Assembly (NCBI GenBank): GCA_963822445.1
Contig: CAWGHO010000003.1
Span: 1,504,001-1,568,000 of the forward strand
Direction of reading: 5' to 3'
Length of the DNA stretch: 64,000 nt
Origin: an uncultured Acidobacteriota bacterium
GTDB taxonomy: Bacteria; Acidobacteriota; Thermoanaerobaculia; Gp7-AA8
Shown: piece by piece, positions 63,777 to 64,000 of the stretch
Position numbering within the stretch: the first letter of the stretch is position 1
Layout of the letters: the number at the start of each line of letters is the position of its first letter
The notes under the pieces: generated by a model
What the model was told of the DNA's origin: nothing
Database searches by the model: none
What the model saw: only the letters and a program-made list of their open reading frames with translations
Made by a program: the position numbers and the translations under genes

Positions 63777-64000
63777 ATGCGCCGGTTTCGAACGTTAGCC
63801 ATCGCGGTCGTCGTATTCGCCGCCGCTGCGCCAGCTCGATCCGAAACGCCGGTCCCGCCGGTTCTCGAAGTTCTGGGGACAGTTACCAACGCCGCCCGCC
63901 CCGTTGCCAACGCCCTCGTCATCGCGCTCAATCTTCAGGATTTCGCCGCCTCCCAGGCCTGGACCGCGAGCGACGGCACGTTCAACCTTCCCACCCTTCG
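63777..64000 (+). CDS. Secreted protein with carboxypeptidase-regulatory-like domain, 3' end truncated by the window edge
   Basis: GGAGGAGG SD; signal peptide; VLGTV..PVANALV..T.SDGTF motif. Confidence 0.65.
   Translation, partial: MRRFRTLAIAVVVFAAAAPARSETPVPPVLEVLGTVTNAARPVANALVIALNLQDFAASQAWTASDGTFNLPTL

Overview
High-GC bacterial chromosomal segment with about 62 densely packed CDS; protein styles suggest Acidobacteriota, possibly Thermoanaerobaculia (inference, not verified). Most genes are housekeeping, envelope or proteolysis functions: trxA, clpS-clpA-aat, a UvrD/PcrA-type helicase, cardiolipin synthase, pfkA, tdh, pyrG, kdsB, aroF, pyk, several peptidases, three L,D-transpeptidase-fold genes, a PAS-GGDEF-EAL protein and an NtrYX-like two-component system. 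I saw no rRNA, tRNA, CRISPR array, prophage or transposase. The most interesting signals are: (1) a pyrG leader whose promoter, 5' hairpin and terminator suggest CTP-sensing start-site switching coupled to attenuation; (2) a putatively sigma54-driven tandem pair of an active and a Cys-to-Ser pseudo L,D-transpeptidase; (3) an operon of Omp85-like barrel, DUF4390-like protein, kinase and sigma54 activator that may be a trans-envelope signalling chain; (4) a catalytically dead lipoprotein alpha/beta hydrolase; (5) many leaderless-type promoters, one driving a 20-aa mini-ORF; (6) several REP/REPIN-like palindromes and inverted heptamer arrays. Three apparent frameshifts are probably assembly indels. 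All family calls come from motif recognition by eye, not database searches.
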